DNA of 51,263 bases, taken from IMG/VR virus record IMGVR_UViG_3300032216_001421, positions 1 through 51,263 of that record; one strand, written 5' to 3'. This DNA is from a virus. Lineage: Duplodnaviria > Caudoviricetes. The notes below the pieces were generated by a model. That model had not been told where the DNA came from, made no database searches, and saw only the letters and a list, made by a program, of their open reading frames with translations. This document shows positions 16,109 to 25,187 of this stretch, one piece after another. The position numbers were made by a program, and so were the translations under genes. How positions within the stretch are numbered: position 1 is the stretch's first letter; the number at the start of each line of letters is the position of its first letter.

Positions 16109-16303
16109 TTACCAGTCGACTTCTGTGCCAGATTTAATTTCAGCTGCTTTAGCTGGGGCTGGGGTATTCCAATTGTTATCTGTCTTACCGCTCCACGCAC
16201 CTGTAGCTGATTGTGATGCAAGCTTGTTGTTTTTCCATTCGGCAACATTTTTTGCATTTTGCTTGTTTGTACGTCGGTCATTAAAAGATTTTAGTAAATG
16301 CAT
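16109..16303 (-). CDS. Small basic hypothetical protein
   Basis: AAGGAG RBS. Confidence 0.7.
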   Translation of the reverse strand: MHLLKSFNDRRTNKQNAKNVAEWKNNKLASQSATGAWSGKTDNNWNTPAPAKAAEIKSGTEVDW

Positions 16304-16312
16304 TGGTTCTCC

Positions 16313-16540
16313 TTAAATACTTGGCTTAGGGCGCGGATTAGAAGCCGCACGTTTATTTTCGGAAATAATGCGGTTATTATTTGAACGGTTTTCGTTTTGA
16401 ACACGCGCTACACGTTCTTTAGCGTTGCCAAAAGGAGTTTTAGCTAGAACTCTGTCAGTTAATTTTGTTCCGTAGTTTTCGGAAACAATACCTGGTGCCT
16501 TATTTTGTCCAGTAGAAAAATCTGCAGTATTACGCCCCAC
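16313..16540 (-). CDS. Small basic hypothetical protein
   Basis: GTG start overlapping the upstream TAG. Confidence 0.65.
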   Translation of the reverse strand: MGRNTADFSTGQNKAPGIVSENYGTKLTDRVLAKTPFGNAKERVARVQNENRSNNNRIISENKRAASNPRPKPSI

Positions 16541-16770
16541 TATGCCATCCGTCCCTTCAATAACTTAGACTGCTTGCGACGGGTACATCCGCTACAAGTA
16601 TCTGTATGTAGTGATTGTACTGGGTTTAGCATCAATCCACACTCAATACAAGGCTTAGAACCGTTGTAATAGGTCTTCTTGAGGTCACGCTGGGTGCCCA
16701 ATTTAACATCCATAGCGCCAGCCATGCCGTCGCCTGTTGAATCTGTAAATAATCCTGGGTCGTTAGTCAT
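16540..16770 (-). CDS. Small zinc-finger protein
   Basis: CIEC...CSGC. Confidence 0.7.
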   Translation of the reverse strand: MTNDPGLFTDSTGDGMAGAMDVKLGTQRDLKKTYYNGSKPCIECGLMLNPVQSLHTDTCSGCTRRKQSKLLKGRMA

Positions 16771-17075
16771 TAGTACTGAGTACCGCCAAATGGACTATTT
16801 CCTGGAATCTCAGCGTTAAAACTAGATAATCTTGCTGAAGGTGCTTTTGCGGTGTTGTTAACATCGTTAAACATACCGTAACCGCTTCCGTAACTTCCTA
16901 CAACACCTTTTGACTTGGTGCGAATATCGTGAGCTGCGGCAGGGGAGTTTTGAGCACGCTTATGAGCCTCTGAAACAGCGCCTCCTTGAGTGTAAAACTT
17001 TTTATCTGGCGCTACGTTTGAACCACTGGATACTGTGTACTTTCCAGCTTTTTTTGCTAAATCTTTAAGACCCAT
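16770..17075 (-). CDS. Basic hypothetical protein
   Basis: GGAGG RBS. Confidence 0.7.
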   Translation of the reverse strand: MGLKDLAKKAGKYTVSSGSNVAPDKKFYTQGGAVSEAHKRAQNSPAAAHDIRTKSKGVVGSYGSGYGMFNDVNNTAKAPSARLSSFNAEIPGNSPFGGTQY

Positions 17076-17431
17076 TAAACGGAACCTCCTAGTGAGTTAG
17101 TGCTCGTGCTTTCCTGTGTATTAGGGGTATTGCTAAAGTCAGACTCTACACGCTGCTGAGCACGACCAGGTAAATCAATTATGTCTTCAATACTAATCTC
17201 AGTCTGGGTGTAACCATAGCGTTCTGGAAATAGTTTGACCTGAGGTAGTGGGGGGCGCACATATTCTTGTAGCTCTGCGCCTGTCATCATGTTAGCAGCC
17301 AGTGATTGGCTGAGTAGACGTTCTTGGTTGGACGCAAAAGGTCCAATATATGCTTGAGGTGGATAAGCAGCTTCAGGTGGTGCTTGCCACGGTTTGCGGG
17401 AGTAAACACCGTCTGACATTCTGCCTGACAT
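17075..17431 (-). CDS. Pro/Gln-rich hypothetical protein
   Basis: ORF abutting both neighbours. Confidence 0.7.
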   Translation of the reverse strand: MSGRMSDGVYSRKPWQAPPEAAYPPQAYIGPFASNQERLLSQSLAANMMTGAELQEYVRPPLPQVKLFPERYGYTQTEISIEDIIDLPGRAQQRVESDFSNTPNTQESTSTNSLGGSV

Positions 17432-17972
17432 TTATTTCCAATTTGGTGATAGGGAACTGAGTCTCTTAGCTCTGTTCATATTAACGCCCATAGGTGCATC
17501 ACTCTTTGCGGCAGGACCCGCTTTACCATCATTAGGTAAGTGTGGAGCTGGTGCAAGTTTTTGGTTATCTGAATTCTTCTTTGTCATGATGACATTGCCA
17601 TCTCTAACACCTTGCATTTGGCGGCGAATTCCACGAGCGTTATCTAATCCTTCTGGATAGTAATAACCTGCAGCATCAATACGTTCGCCTTTGTGCACAC
17701 CACGTTGATAACCACGTTGTGTGATGCGAACCTTAAGTGAATCTAAAACATTTTCTGATGTTGAACCTGGACGTCCACGGTCATCACGACGTGTGCGAAT
17801 TGTTCCTAAATAGCCGTCAGGGATACTCCGCAGAAGGCTGACGTCCTACGCCTAAACGCAGGAAATCAAGTTCACTTCTGGCGACTGGAACGCCGCCTCC
17901 GCCATAGGTTGTATTTGTTCCATACATACCTGCAGCACCAAGGTTTTGGGTATTTTGATGTGGGCCTGGCAT
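17432..17972 (-). CDS. Hypothetical protein split by a +1 frameshift at CCC-TGA (51 aa stop product or ~179 aa shifted product)
   Basis: ATG 17972 reads 51 codons to CCC-TGA (17822-17817); the +1 frame is open from 17818 to 17432 (EYP|DGYLGTIR...GVHKGERID). Confidence 0.7.
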
Positions 17973-17986
17973 AGCTTTATTATAGG

Positions 17987-19159
17987 CTAGCGAAACCCGC
18001 CAAGTACTACTAACTCTCTACGAGCGTCAAAACCTGCACCTACTACCAATGAAACGATTCCTGGGTGGGATTCAAGGCCCGATTTATCCCTAAACCAACC
18101 TGAACCATTATCCATAGCTGGGTTCTGAATGAATAGTCGTGTACCAACGCTCTGTACATCGTAATGGTGAAGATGACCAACGTTAAGGATGTCTGCGTTT
18201 GCAACCGCGCAACGACCCATAACTTGACCTGACCACCATGAAACCATGTTTGACTTCTGATGTCCGTGAGCCATACCGTACAAAGTTCCGCTTAGATTAA
18301 CTGCAAGTGTGCTGTCATCTTTTGCTGGGTAACGGAACTCAACGCGGTCTTTAAGAAATTCGTTCTCCATGCACGCATCCTCTACGGCGCGAACAATCTC
18401 AATCTGCCATGAATCTTCTGGGCGTGATACCAAAAAACGCTGAACTTCATCGTGGTTTCCTGGAACTACTGGAACAATAATCTTTGGTGCTAATTGTGCC
18501 ATTGCTTTAATCTGCGCCATTAAAATACGTCGACCAACCTGCACTTGTTGAGCTACTCCAATATCGTGGCGACCCATCACTTTACCCTTTTGGCTTGTCA
18601 TACCTTCAATACAGTCACCTAGCTGGGGTAGTGCAATCTGCCCAATTTTATACTTTTGCTGTAGGAACTTGTGATGGTCTATAGCTTCATCGAAGGAACG
18701 CAATACGCGGTCAACAATTGCTGGCGTATCGTCCTTACCGTACTGAGTATCACCAATGCTATACACAGCTGTAAGGTCGCCCTCAAAATCATTTGATGAT
18801 GTTGGCTTCCAATTAGACACGTCTTCAATAAGTCTTTGTGCATCGTAATCTTGAACTGATGACACTGCTGGGATAACGTTAATGCGCCAAGAGTGAAGCC
18901 ACTCTCCGTCCCACTTTTGCCAACTACCTCTACGGCTATTTACTAACACCCACTCTGATGGGTCAAGGTTAGCCTCTCGTAATAGCTCTTCTGCTCCTGG
19001 AGTATTGCCATCTAAGCGTGGACCAGTAATAGCAAAGCCACCTGTTGTCTGGTCAAGTTCCGAACGGGGGCGCCAATTTTCTGGAACATCTTTAAGTACG
19101 TTGTCAGAACCTTCTTTTCCTGCCTTAATAAACTGGTTGAAATCATCTTTTATCGACAT
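17987..19159 (-). CDS. Calcineurin-like metallophosphoesterase
   Basis: GDTQYG, LGDCIEG, PGNHDE, AHGH, GHLHH motifs. Confidence 0.88.
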   Translation of the reverse strand: MSIKDDFNQFIKAGKEGSDNVLKDVPENWRPRSELDQTTGGFAITGPRLDGNTPGAEELLREANLDPSEWVLVNSRRGSWQKWDGEWLHSWRINVIPAVSSVQDYDAQRLIEDVSNWKPTSSNDFEGDLTAVYSIGDTQYGKDDTPAIVDRVLRSFDEAIDHHKFLQQKYKIGQIALPQLGDCIEGMTSQKGKVMGRHDIGVAQQVQVGRRILMAQIKAMAQLAPKIIVPVVPGNHDEVQRFLVSRPEDSWQIEIVRAVEDACMENEFLKDRVEFRYPAKDDSTLAVNLSGTLYGMAHGHQKSNMVSWWSGQVMGRCAVANADILNVGHLHHYDVQSVGTRLFIQNPAMDNGSGWFRDKSGLESHPGIVSLVVGAGFDARRELVVLGGFR

Positions 19160-19353
19160 GAGCACCAATGGTTTCTGTGAAATTTAAATGGAGTTAGCGT
19201 TGGAAATGTATTTGATTGTGAGGAAAAGAAGCGGTGCAGGCTTGATGTTGTTGTATTTTTTTGTGCTAACAACTCATTAAACTCTTCTTTAAAACTGTCA
19301 TCTTTTTCAGATAACCAGTTTGCTACAGAACAGTAACCTCTAGGGAACGCCAC
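19150..19353 (-). CDS. Small putative zinc-binding protein
   Basis: YCSVANWL...HRNHWCSC; start uncertain (GTG 19353 chosen). Confidence 0.65.
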   Translation of the reverse strand: MAFPRGYCSVANWLSEKDDSFKEEFNELLAQKNTTTSSLHRFFSSQSNTFPTLTPFKFHRNHWCSCR

Positions 19354-19393
19354 ACTGATATTCAACCACAGTAATACGTGTGGCGCAAATAGC

Positions 19394-19425
19394 AAAACCC
19401 CGCCAAGTTTCCTTGACGGGGCTTT
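19394..19425 (-). terminator. Rho-independent terminator
   Basis: GCCCCGTCAAG-GAAA-CTTGGCGGGGT-TTT on - strand. Confidence 0.75.
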
Positions 19426-19435
19426 AAACTGCTAT

Positions 19436-19771
19436 TTATTCAGCCATACCTGCCGTGAAGTTTGGCTTGCTACGGTTAACAGCTGCTGGGATTAAACGAC
19501 CATTACTTTGTGTAGCGCCAGCTTCTGGAGCTTCTTGCTTTTGGAATCCAACGCGTACTCCATAACGAGCTCCTGCGCGGTGTCCATCAGCTTTAACATG
19601 TGAACGACGGTCAGTGGGTCCCTTAGTTGGGTCTCCTGCTGCTGTGTTCTTCTTCTTCATAAGCTTGCCCTTTTCAGGCATAGCAACGCGTGGCTTTGAA
19701 CCAGTTGCGTTCTTTGGCTCAGCAGAAGTAGGTGCCAGCGGAGCTGGGTTCTTCTTAGAATCTGTCTTCAT
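19436..19771 (-). CDS. Basic low-complexity hypothetical protein
   Basis: AAAGGA RBS; K/A/P/G-rich. Confidence 0.75.
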   Translation of the reverse strand: MKTDSKKNPAPLAPTSAEPKNATGSKPRVAMPEKGKLMKKKNTAAGDPTKGPTDRRSHVKADGHRAGARYGVRVGFQKQEAPEAGATQSNGRLIPAAVNRSKPNFTAGMAE

Positions 19772-19830
19772 TTATTTTCCTTTGCAAAGGGGGTTAAATA
19801 ACGATAAGGCATTTAGCCCAAAATAACTGC

Positions 19831-20118
19831 TTAACCTGCTGCTGAAACAACAAACACAATGGCAGAAATCTGTCCGTCGTGGCTTTCAATGCTTGCAAAA
19901 CCTGGAATACAGGTAAGGTCTAAGCCTCGTGGGGCTGTGTAACCTCGTGCGATTGCGATTGCTTTAACTGCCTGATTAACGGCACCTGCGCCTACAGCGC
20001 GAATTTTACAACCGCGAGTTTCATAGATGCTATGTGCGATTGCTGATGCTACGGCTTGTGGGTTGCTTCCTGCGCCTACGCGAAGGATGCCTTCTTCTTC
20101 TTTTACTACGTCAGTCAT
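19831..20118 (-). CDS. spoVS: SpoVS family (Alba-like nucleic-acid-binding) protein
   Basis: LRV...SNP..VA.AIA...AVGAGAVNQAVKAIAIARG...IPGF...ISAI signature. Confidence 0.9.
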   Translation of the reverse strand: MTDVVKEEEGILRVGAGSNPQAVASAIAHSIYETRGCKIRAVGAGAVNQAVKAIAIARGYTAPRGLDLTCIPGFASIESHDGQISAIVFVVSAAG

Positions 20119-20184
20119 TATTACCTCTTATGCTCGAATTAGTATTACCCGTAAATTATGGGCAACTAAGAGGTGTATGTCTGT

Positions 20185-20367
20185 CTAAACGGTTCTGTAA
20201 TCTATAGGGGTGGGAGCGGTGGCTAGACTGCCACAAAGTTCGCACTCCATATCAAGCATATAAAGCGAAATTTCGCCTTCTTCAAAAGTTGCCTTTACCT
20301 TCCATAAAAATGAACCACAAGGGCAAACGTGAAGAGGAGCTTCTTTATCTCTTAGGTCAAGAGGCAT
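20185..20367 (-). CDS. Zinc-ribbon protein
   Basis: HVCPCG...CELCG. Confidence 0.75.
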   Translation of the reverse strand: MPLDLRDKEAPLHVCPCGSFLWKVKATFEEGEISLYMLDMECELCGSLATAPTPIDYRTV

Positions 20368-20599
20368 CTAATTCAATCTTTCCATCTTTTTGACCCTGCA
20401 TGATGATGGGAGCAACGTAGAACAAATACTCACGGGTATAACAGGTAGAACAACCACAGTAGGGGTCACCCGATAAAACTTCGGGTTCTTCTGCCTCTTC
20501 ATCCCCGTAAACATAAAAATTTTCTAGCCCGCCCAAATATTCTTCGACGCCATTTTGTAGGTCTTCTGCCCACTTAACATCATTAAGTACAAATTTCAT
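20357..20599 (-). CDS. Hypothetical protein with YCGCSTC motif
   Basis: ATG 20599 in ATGA overlap. Confidence 0.7.
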   Translation of the reverse strand: MKFVLNDVKWAEDLQNGVEEYLGGLENFYVYGDEEAEEPEVLSGDPYCGCSTCYTREYLFYVAPIIMQGQKDGKIELDAS

Positions 20600-20763
20600 T
20601 GTGCTCCCCACCCTCCGCCTTTAAAATGTGCTGGCGTAGCACTGAACACTTTGTTCAGAAACTCCCCGCAAGTATCGCATGTGGGGCGTTGGTTCTCCTC
20701 AAAAGAAAAGAACTTCTCAACAGTAACATCACATCGTAAACAAGTAAAGTCATAATTAGGCAC
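20596..20763 (-). CDS. FmdB-family zinc-ribbon protein, 55 aa (not in ORF track)
   Basis: MPNYDFTCLRC...PTCDTCG...HFKGGGW. Confidence 0.8.
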   Translation of the reverse strand: MPNYDFTCLRCDVTVEKFFSFEENQRPTCDTCGEFLNKVFSATPAHFKGGGWGAQ

Positions 20764-20974
20764 TGTGTGTTAACCTCGTTGTGTGGTACTGGCATGTTTT
20801 ATACATTTTGCGGTAATAATAAGATTTATCTGATGGTTTTTCTACCACCCCTGGAAGTTTTTCATTGCACTCACATACTTTTCTGTACTCTGTTTCTAAA
20901 CGTTTAACTTCTTCTTTGGCATTAAACAATTCTTGTAAAAGTTTATGCGCTTCTTTATACATCTGGTTCTCCAT
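20756..20974 (-). CDS. Hypothetical protein
   Basis: CEC...CQYH; start uncertain. Confidence 0.6.
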   Translation of the reverse strand: MENQMYKEAHKLLQELFNAKEEVKRLETEYRKVCECNEKLPGVVEKPSDKSYYYRKMYKTCQYHTTRLTHSA

Positions 20975-21305
20975 ATCCTGCGGCTCGCAACAAGTTAACA
21001 AAATCTTCTAGGCGTACAAGTGTAACCCATTCAGTAATACTAGCCTCTCCTTGTCCATTGAGACGCAAAACTGCTACTGGTAAATCTTTGCCGTTGTGAC
21101 GGTCTTTAAGTTGTTTAATAGTGGCGCTGGGTGAAAAATCTTTGCGAGCTTTTACTTCCCAGTCAATACCTATGGTGCCAGTGATATCTGTTCCACTGCG
21201 ACCAGCTCCCGTGCTCTCGGCAAAAGGAAAACCATGTTCAGCTAAGTACATGGCTACGACTTTTTGAGAACGGTACCCACGATGTTTTCTTGATTGACTA
21301 GGCAC
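20955..21305 (-). CDS. Holliday junction resolvase-like PD-(D/E)XK nuclease
   Basis: RKHRG, GTDI, WEVKAR. Confidence 0.8.
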   Translation of the reverse strand: MPSQSRKHRGYRSQKVVAMYLAEHGFPFAESTGAGRSGTDITGTIGIDWEVKARKDFSPSATIKQLKDRHNGKDLPVAVLRLNGQGEASITEWVTLVRLEDFVNLLRAAGYGEPDV

Positions 21306-21801
21306 TGAAACGATTGCCTCTCAACCGCTCACGGTCTCCTGAAGTACGTCGGGTCAGCTCACGACTTACTAAACTGTAATAGCGCTCCATGTTGTCCTGT
21401 GTGGTTTCCATAAGCTTGCGGTATGCGTATGTGTAGTTCTTTACTTTAAGTTTTTCTTGAATGTCTGGTTGAGCAAGTACAGCAGCTTTTAAGAGCCCAG
21501 CTTTTTCAGTGCTTTTACCTGTAGATGTAGCAAGTAGCGCATGAGCTTCTGTAAGGTCGTAATCGTTCTCTGCCTCTAACTCTGCAACCTGAGCGCATGC
21601 TGTCTGTGTACGAAGCATGTTGTAGTTCTCCATGTACTTAGAAGCCATAACCATAAGGTCTTGGTCATCTACCAAAGTAATGTCTGTTGGAAAATCTGGC
21701 ATCTCAATGTCGAGTGTCTTTCGTACTGCTAACCCTTGTCGTTCTAAAACGGCAATAATCTCTTCACTTACACCTGTAGCCTCAAGCTTGAACATCGTCA
21801 T
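21298..21801 (-). CDS. Helical protein, possible UvsY-like recombination mediator
   Basis: Coiled-coil character ending VSRELTRR; located in the recombination cluster. Confidence 0.5.
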   Translation of the reverse strand: MTMFKLEATGVSEEIIAVLERQGLAVRKTLDIEMPDFPTDITLVDDQDLMVMASKYMENYNMLRTQTACAQVAELEAENDYDLTEAHALLATSTGKSTEKAGLLKAAVLAQPDIQEKLKVKNYTYAYRKLMETTQDNMERYYSLVSRELTRRTSGDRERLRGNRFSA

Positions 21802-22669
21802 ACCCCTTACATTGGTAACAACCTTCGTTAGGGTTAATATTACAGGTGGGCGCTTCTTTTTTGTCAACTGCTGCAACAATATTCTCAGCAGCCTCTAGGA
21901 TATGGCTAATTCCAAAATCGCTTTTAGGAATTACAAACTCTTTTGCTGATTGATTAGATTTGTTTTCATACAAAAACAGCGCTTCTTGTGGTTGCACAGG
22001 CAAGTTTATAAGCTCAGCTAACTTCATATACATTTGCGCCTGTTTAATATGGCTCATAAAAGGAGCATTTAACGCCTTCCACATATCATCAAGGTTGCCA
22101 CCGTGTTCTGCCATAAGTTGTGGCGCTTCAAATCTAAAAGTCCCTGCTCCAATTGATTTAATCTCAAGCAACAAAGGTTCTCCAAAACCTACAAGGATTC
22201 CATCTGCGTGACCAGCAATGCGCAGTGGTTCATAGAATAGTGGCACCTCTAAATAATCAAAATGCTTAGGGTCGACTTTAATGTTGTGGTCTGAAGTAGT
22301 GCCAGTAAATGTTTCTCCACACTCATTGCATATAAACTTTCCCCAGAGCACTTCCATCTCTTTAAAAATGTTTTGCCATCCTGCGTGAATATCATGTCCT
22401 ACTTGGAATACACGCTTTTGGCTAAGGGTTACGCGATACTTGCTTGGTGGTGGTGGAAACCCAAGTAATTGAAAATAGGAACTGCGGTGGCACCAATCGT
22501 CTTTAACCATAGCTGATGGGTGCAGCACATCAGAACGACGGTCATTAGGTGCGGGTTTTGCAATAAGGTGACGTTCTACGGTTGTGAGAACACGAGATTC
22601 CTTTTTACCCGCGTCAATGAATCGTTTAAGACTTCCTGTTGCCTTAAACTTTTCTTCCTTTGCTGTCAT
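21782..22669 (-). CDS. Cas4/RecB-like PD-(D/E)XK exonuclease
   Basis: HPS..WC, GHDIH, GHADG, LEIKS, QAQMYM, C-terminal C..C..C. Confidence 0.85.
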   Translation of the reverse strand: MTAKEEKFKATGSLKRFIDAGKKESRVLTTVERHLIAKPAPNDRRSDVLHPSAMVKDDWCHRSSYFQLLGFPPPPSKYRVTLSQKRVFQVGHDIHAGWQNIFKEMEVLWGKFICNECGETFTGTTSDHNIKVDPKHFDYLEVPLFYEPLRIAGHADGILVGFGEPLLLEIKSIGAGTFRFEAPQLMAEHGGNLDDMWKALNAPFMSHIKQAQMYMKLAELINLPVQPQEALFLYENKSNQSAKEFVIPKSDFGISHILEAAENIVAAVDKKEAPTCNINPNEGCYQCKGYDDVQA

Positions 22670-22982
22670 TATTAAGCACCCACTCCTCTAATGTAAGCCC
22701 TACCTTAGCAGCTTTTCTCTTCAACGCATTACGCTCACGGTGGCTCATTCCACCCCATATACCGTGTTGTTCATCCATCTCTTCTGAATAAAACAAACAT
22801 TGAAGTCGTACAGGGCATTCAGGTGCACCATCTTTACCAAAGCAAACAGCTTTTGATTTGTCTGCAATCTCTTTATATTTAGTTTTATCTCGCGGTGGAA
22901 ACCATAGTTCGGTATCCATGCCACGGCATTTAGCTAAATGCCACCACTCTGCGTCGGTGGAATTTTGATATGACAAGTGCAC
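22644..22982 (-). CDS. whiB: WhiB-family Fe-S transcription factor
   Basis: AKC...VC...CPVRLQC, GIWGG, RER. Confidence 0.92.
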   Translation of the reverse strand: MHLSYQNSTDAEWWHLAKCRGMDTELWFPPRDKTKYKEIADKSKAVCFGKDGAPECPVRLQCLFYSEEMDEQHGIWGGMSHRERNALKRKAAKVGLTLEEWVLNNDSKGRKV

Positions 22983-23293
22983 TCCTGAAGATTCTGGCGC
23001 ATTTCCAAGAAATCATCTTCAGTAAGCAGTACATAATTATTCTCGTTAAGACTGACACCTAGGACAGGCATTCGGCTATCAAGAGTTGCTTCGTTGACAA
23101 TTTTCTCCAGAACTGCGGCTTTGACAGTAAAGGAGGCTTTGCCCGTCCACTTATGTTCAATAAGAAGGTCGCTACTACGAACATCACCTTTACGATTCCA
23201 AAAAGCTCCACTGGCAGCTGTTCGCTTACCGTCAACTTTTTTGGCTAGTCGTACCTCGTGTTTCCTAGACTGCTTTTGACCTTCACTCCTCAT
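22934..23293 (-). CDS. Holliday junction resolvase-like PD-(D/E)XK nuclease
   Basis: ASGA..KGDV..LIEHK. Confidence 0.8.
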   Translation of the reverse strand: MRSEGQKQSRKHEVRLAKKVDGKRTAASGAFWNRKGDVRSSDLLIEHKWTGKASFTVKAAVLEKIVNEATLDSRMPVLGVSLNENNYVLLTEDDFLEMRQNLQECTCHIKIPPTQSGGI

Positions 23294-24359
23294 CGGAGTC
23301 ATCTGCTACAAACTTAGACCCAGCTTTAATTGAGTCTAGTACGTCGCGTTCTAAGGTTTCTTTCAAGTCTAACTCTTCCCGTATGGAGTCAAGCATAGCA
23401 TCTGCGCCTTGCCACTGGCGAGTCGCGCCATCAATGTCGTAACGGTAATAAGCACCTGCTCTAGTGATGACCTTATTAATAATTCCCATAGCCACTATTT
23501 CTTTAGCAAAGTCATAATTACCACGGTCTACAGGTCCTCCAGGGGCAAAATAAAAGTCCACAAAGGCTGTCTGTGATGGTGGGGCTGACTTGTTTTTTAG
23601 AGTACGAATTTTGATGGTCTGTCCTACGCGGTGCTTTTCTTGACCTGTACCTGCGTCAATCCATTCATCGCGCTTAATTTCAATACGAGTAAAGAAGGCA
23701 TAGTCCTTGCCCTTACCACCTGGCGTAGTGCGTGGGTCTCCGTACATAACGCCAACTTTGTCACGCCATTGGTTAATCATAATTCCAATAAATGGGCGCT
23801 CATAATCAATCAGCGAACGCTTAGACGCAATCCCAACCTTGCGAAAGAACTTGTTAGTCAGCATGGCACCTCTGCCTACTGTGAATTCCTCCATCTGCTT
23901 TTCGTCCTCTGCACTAGGGACCAAGGCAGGAAGGGAGTCAATAACAACGCAATCAACCGCTTTGCTTTCGACAAGTTCGATGACAGCTTCATATGCTTCC
24001 TCCATAATGTTAGTTGAGACCACATAAAGGCGCGATAAATCAACACCGCACATCTCTGCGTACTCTGGAACCCATTGCTCTGCTGCTACCCACACTGTGG
24101 TGAACTCTGGATTTTTTGCTTGATTTGCTGCAATAGTTTTTAATGCAATAGCAGTCTTACCATTGGAGGCTTCTCCCACAATTTCATGCCATTGATTGAC
24201 AGGCCAACCACCACCCAAAGCAACATCAAATGCAATAGAACCTGTGGTGATACGAGACATGACATCATCTCTAATATCTTCTCCAAGAACGATTGTATCT
24301 GCGCCAAGCTTCTTGTTAATTTTGTTAATAATCTTTGCTAGCTCTGGGTTAATTGCCAT
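23283..24359 (-). CDS. recA: RecA recombinase
   Basis: TGS..D.ALGGGWP, GEASNGKT, VIDS, INQ.R.K.G..YGDP.TTPGG. Confidence 0.93.
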   Translation of the reverse strand: MAINPELAKIINKINKKLGADTIVLGEDIRDDVMSRITTGSIAFDVALGGGWPVNQWHEIVGEASNGKTAIALKTIAANQAKNPEFTTVWVAAEQWVPEYAEMCGVDLSRLYVVSTNIMEEAYEAVIELVESKAVDCVVIDSLPALVPSAEDEKQMEEFTVGRGAMLTNKFFRKVGIASKRSLIDYERPFIGIMINQWRDKVGVMYGDPRTTPGGKGKDYAFFTRIEIKRDEWIDAGTGQEKHRVGQTIKIRTLKNKSAPPSQTAFVDFYFAPGGPVDRGNYDFAKEIVAMGIINKVITRAGAYYRYDIDGATRQWQGADAMLDSIREELDLKETLERDVLDSIKAGSKFVADDSDEE

Positions 24360-24736
24360 TAAATATGTCCAATGATTGTCTGTGGGTTAAATCCACCTGT
24401 TGCTACTTGACGTGCTGGTTGAGCTGGGCCAGAGGCTTGAGGGCCCCCAACAATTCCTTTACCAACACCTGAACCTGATTGTTGAATTGGGTAACCGCAG
24501 TCATAACAACGCGGTTTATTTTCTCCACCACCTGTGTAGTTTCCACTACCGCAACCTGGGCAACGAGATGCTGTAGTTGCACTTGCTGGCAGCTGATGCT
24601 CTCTTACCTCTGGCGGTAGATAAACAGGCTGTGGCTGTGTAGGTGGATATGAAGTAGGCTGTTGAGGCGCTACAGGGCGTGGAGCTGCGGGCTGTTGTTG
24701 AGCTCCTAGTTTATCTGCCCACCAATTACTGCTCAT
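24359..24736 (-). CDS. Pro/Gln-rich zinc-ribbon protein
   Basis: CPGCGS...CYDCGY. Confidence 0.75.
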   Translation of the reverse strand: MSSNWWADKLGAQQQPAAPRPVAPQQPTSYPPTQPQPVYLPPEVREHQLPASATTASRCPGCGSGNYTGGGENKPRCYDCGYPIQQSGSGVGKGIVGGPQASGPAQPARQVATGGFNPQTIIGHI

Positions 24737-25187
24737 CTTCCTCCTTATATATAGAACCCAAACTTAATGCATGGGTATGGATAATATCAAGTTCTATGCC
24801 TACTGAGAAAGCGGTTACAAGGGCGGAAAATCCAATAGCTTTGTAAAACTCAGTCATAGCCTCAACTTCTTCTTCATCAAGCTTTGATTCAAAATCTTCT
24901 GAAAACTCTCGCATCTGTGTAGCAACAATTACTTTGGCATTAAGTTCGCTGATAATGTCGATATAAGGAAGAATTTCATCAAGTGCAGCTAATCGTATGG
25001 CGCTGTCTTCTACCTCTTTTTCATCTCCTTCAGCGCTTACTGGGGTAAGCCCAAGCATTGTTGCAATTTCGTTAGGATTATCAATGCTTAAATCGTATAA
25101 ACCCCAACGAGTAATTGTGCTAAATGGAATCTCCATTTTGTAATGCTCATGGCTATTTCTGCGGAAGATGCGGTCAAAAAAACTCAT
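24726..25187 (-). CDS. Hypothetical protein
   Basis: Acidic ORF coupled to the polymerase gene. Confidence 0.7.
   Translation of the reverse strand: MSFFDRIFRRNSHEHYKMEIPFSTITRWGLYDLSIDNPNEIATMLGLTPVSAEGDEKEVEDSAIRLAALDEILPYIDIISELNAKVIVATQMREFSEDFESKLDEEEVEAMTEFYKAIGFSALVTAFSVGIELDIIHTHALSLGSIYKEEDEQ

Noticed and set aside
21782-22669. Cas4 as evidence of a CRISPR-Cas system
   Set aside because: Solo Cas4-like exonucleases are common in phage recombination clusters; no cas1/cas2 or array in the window.
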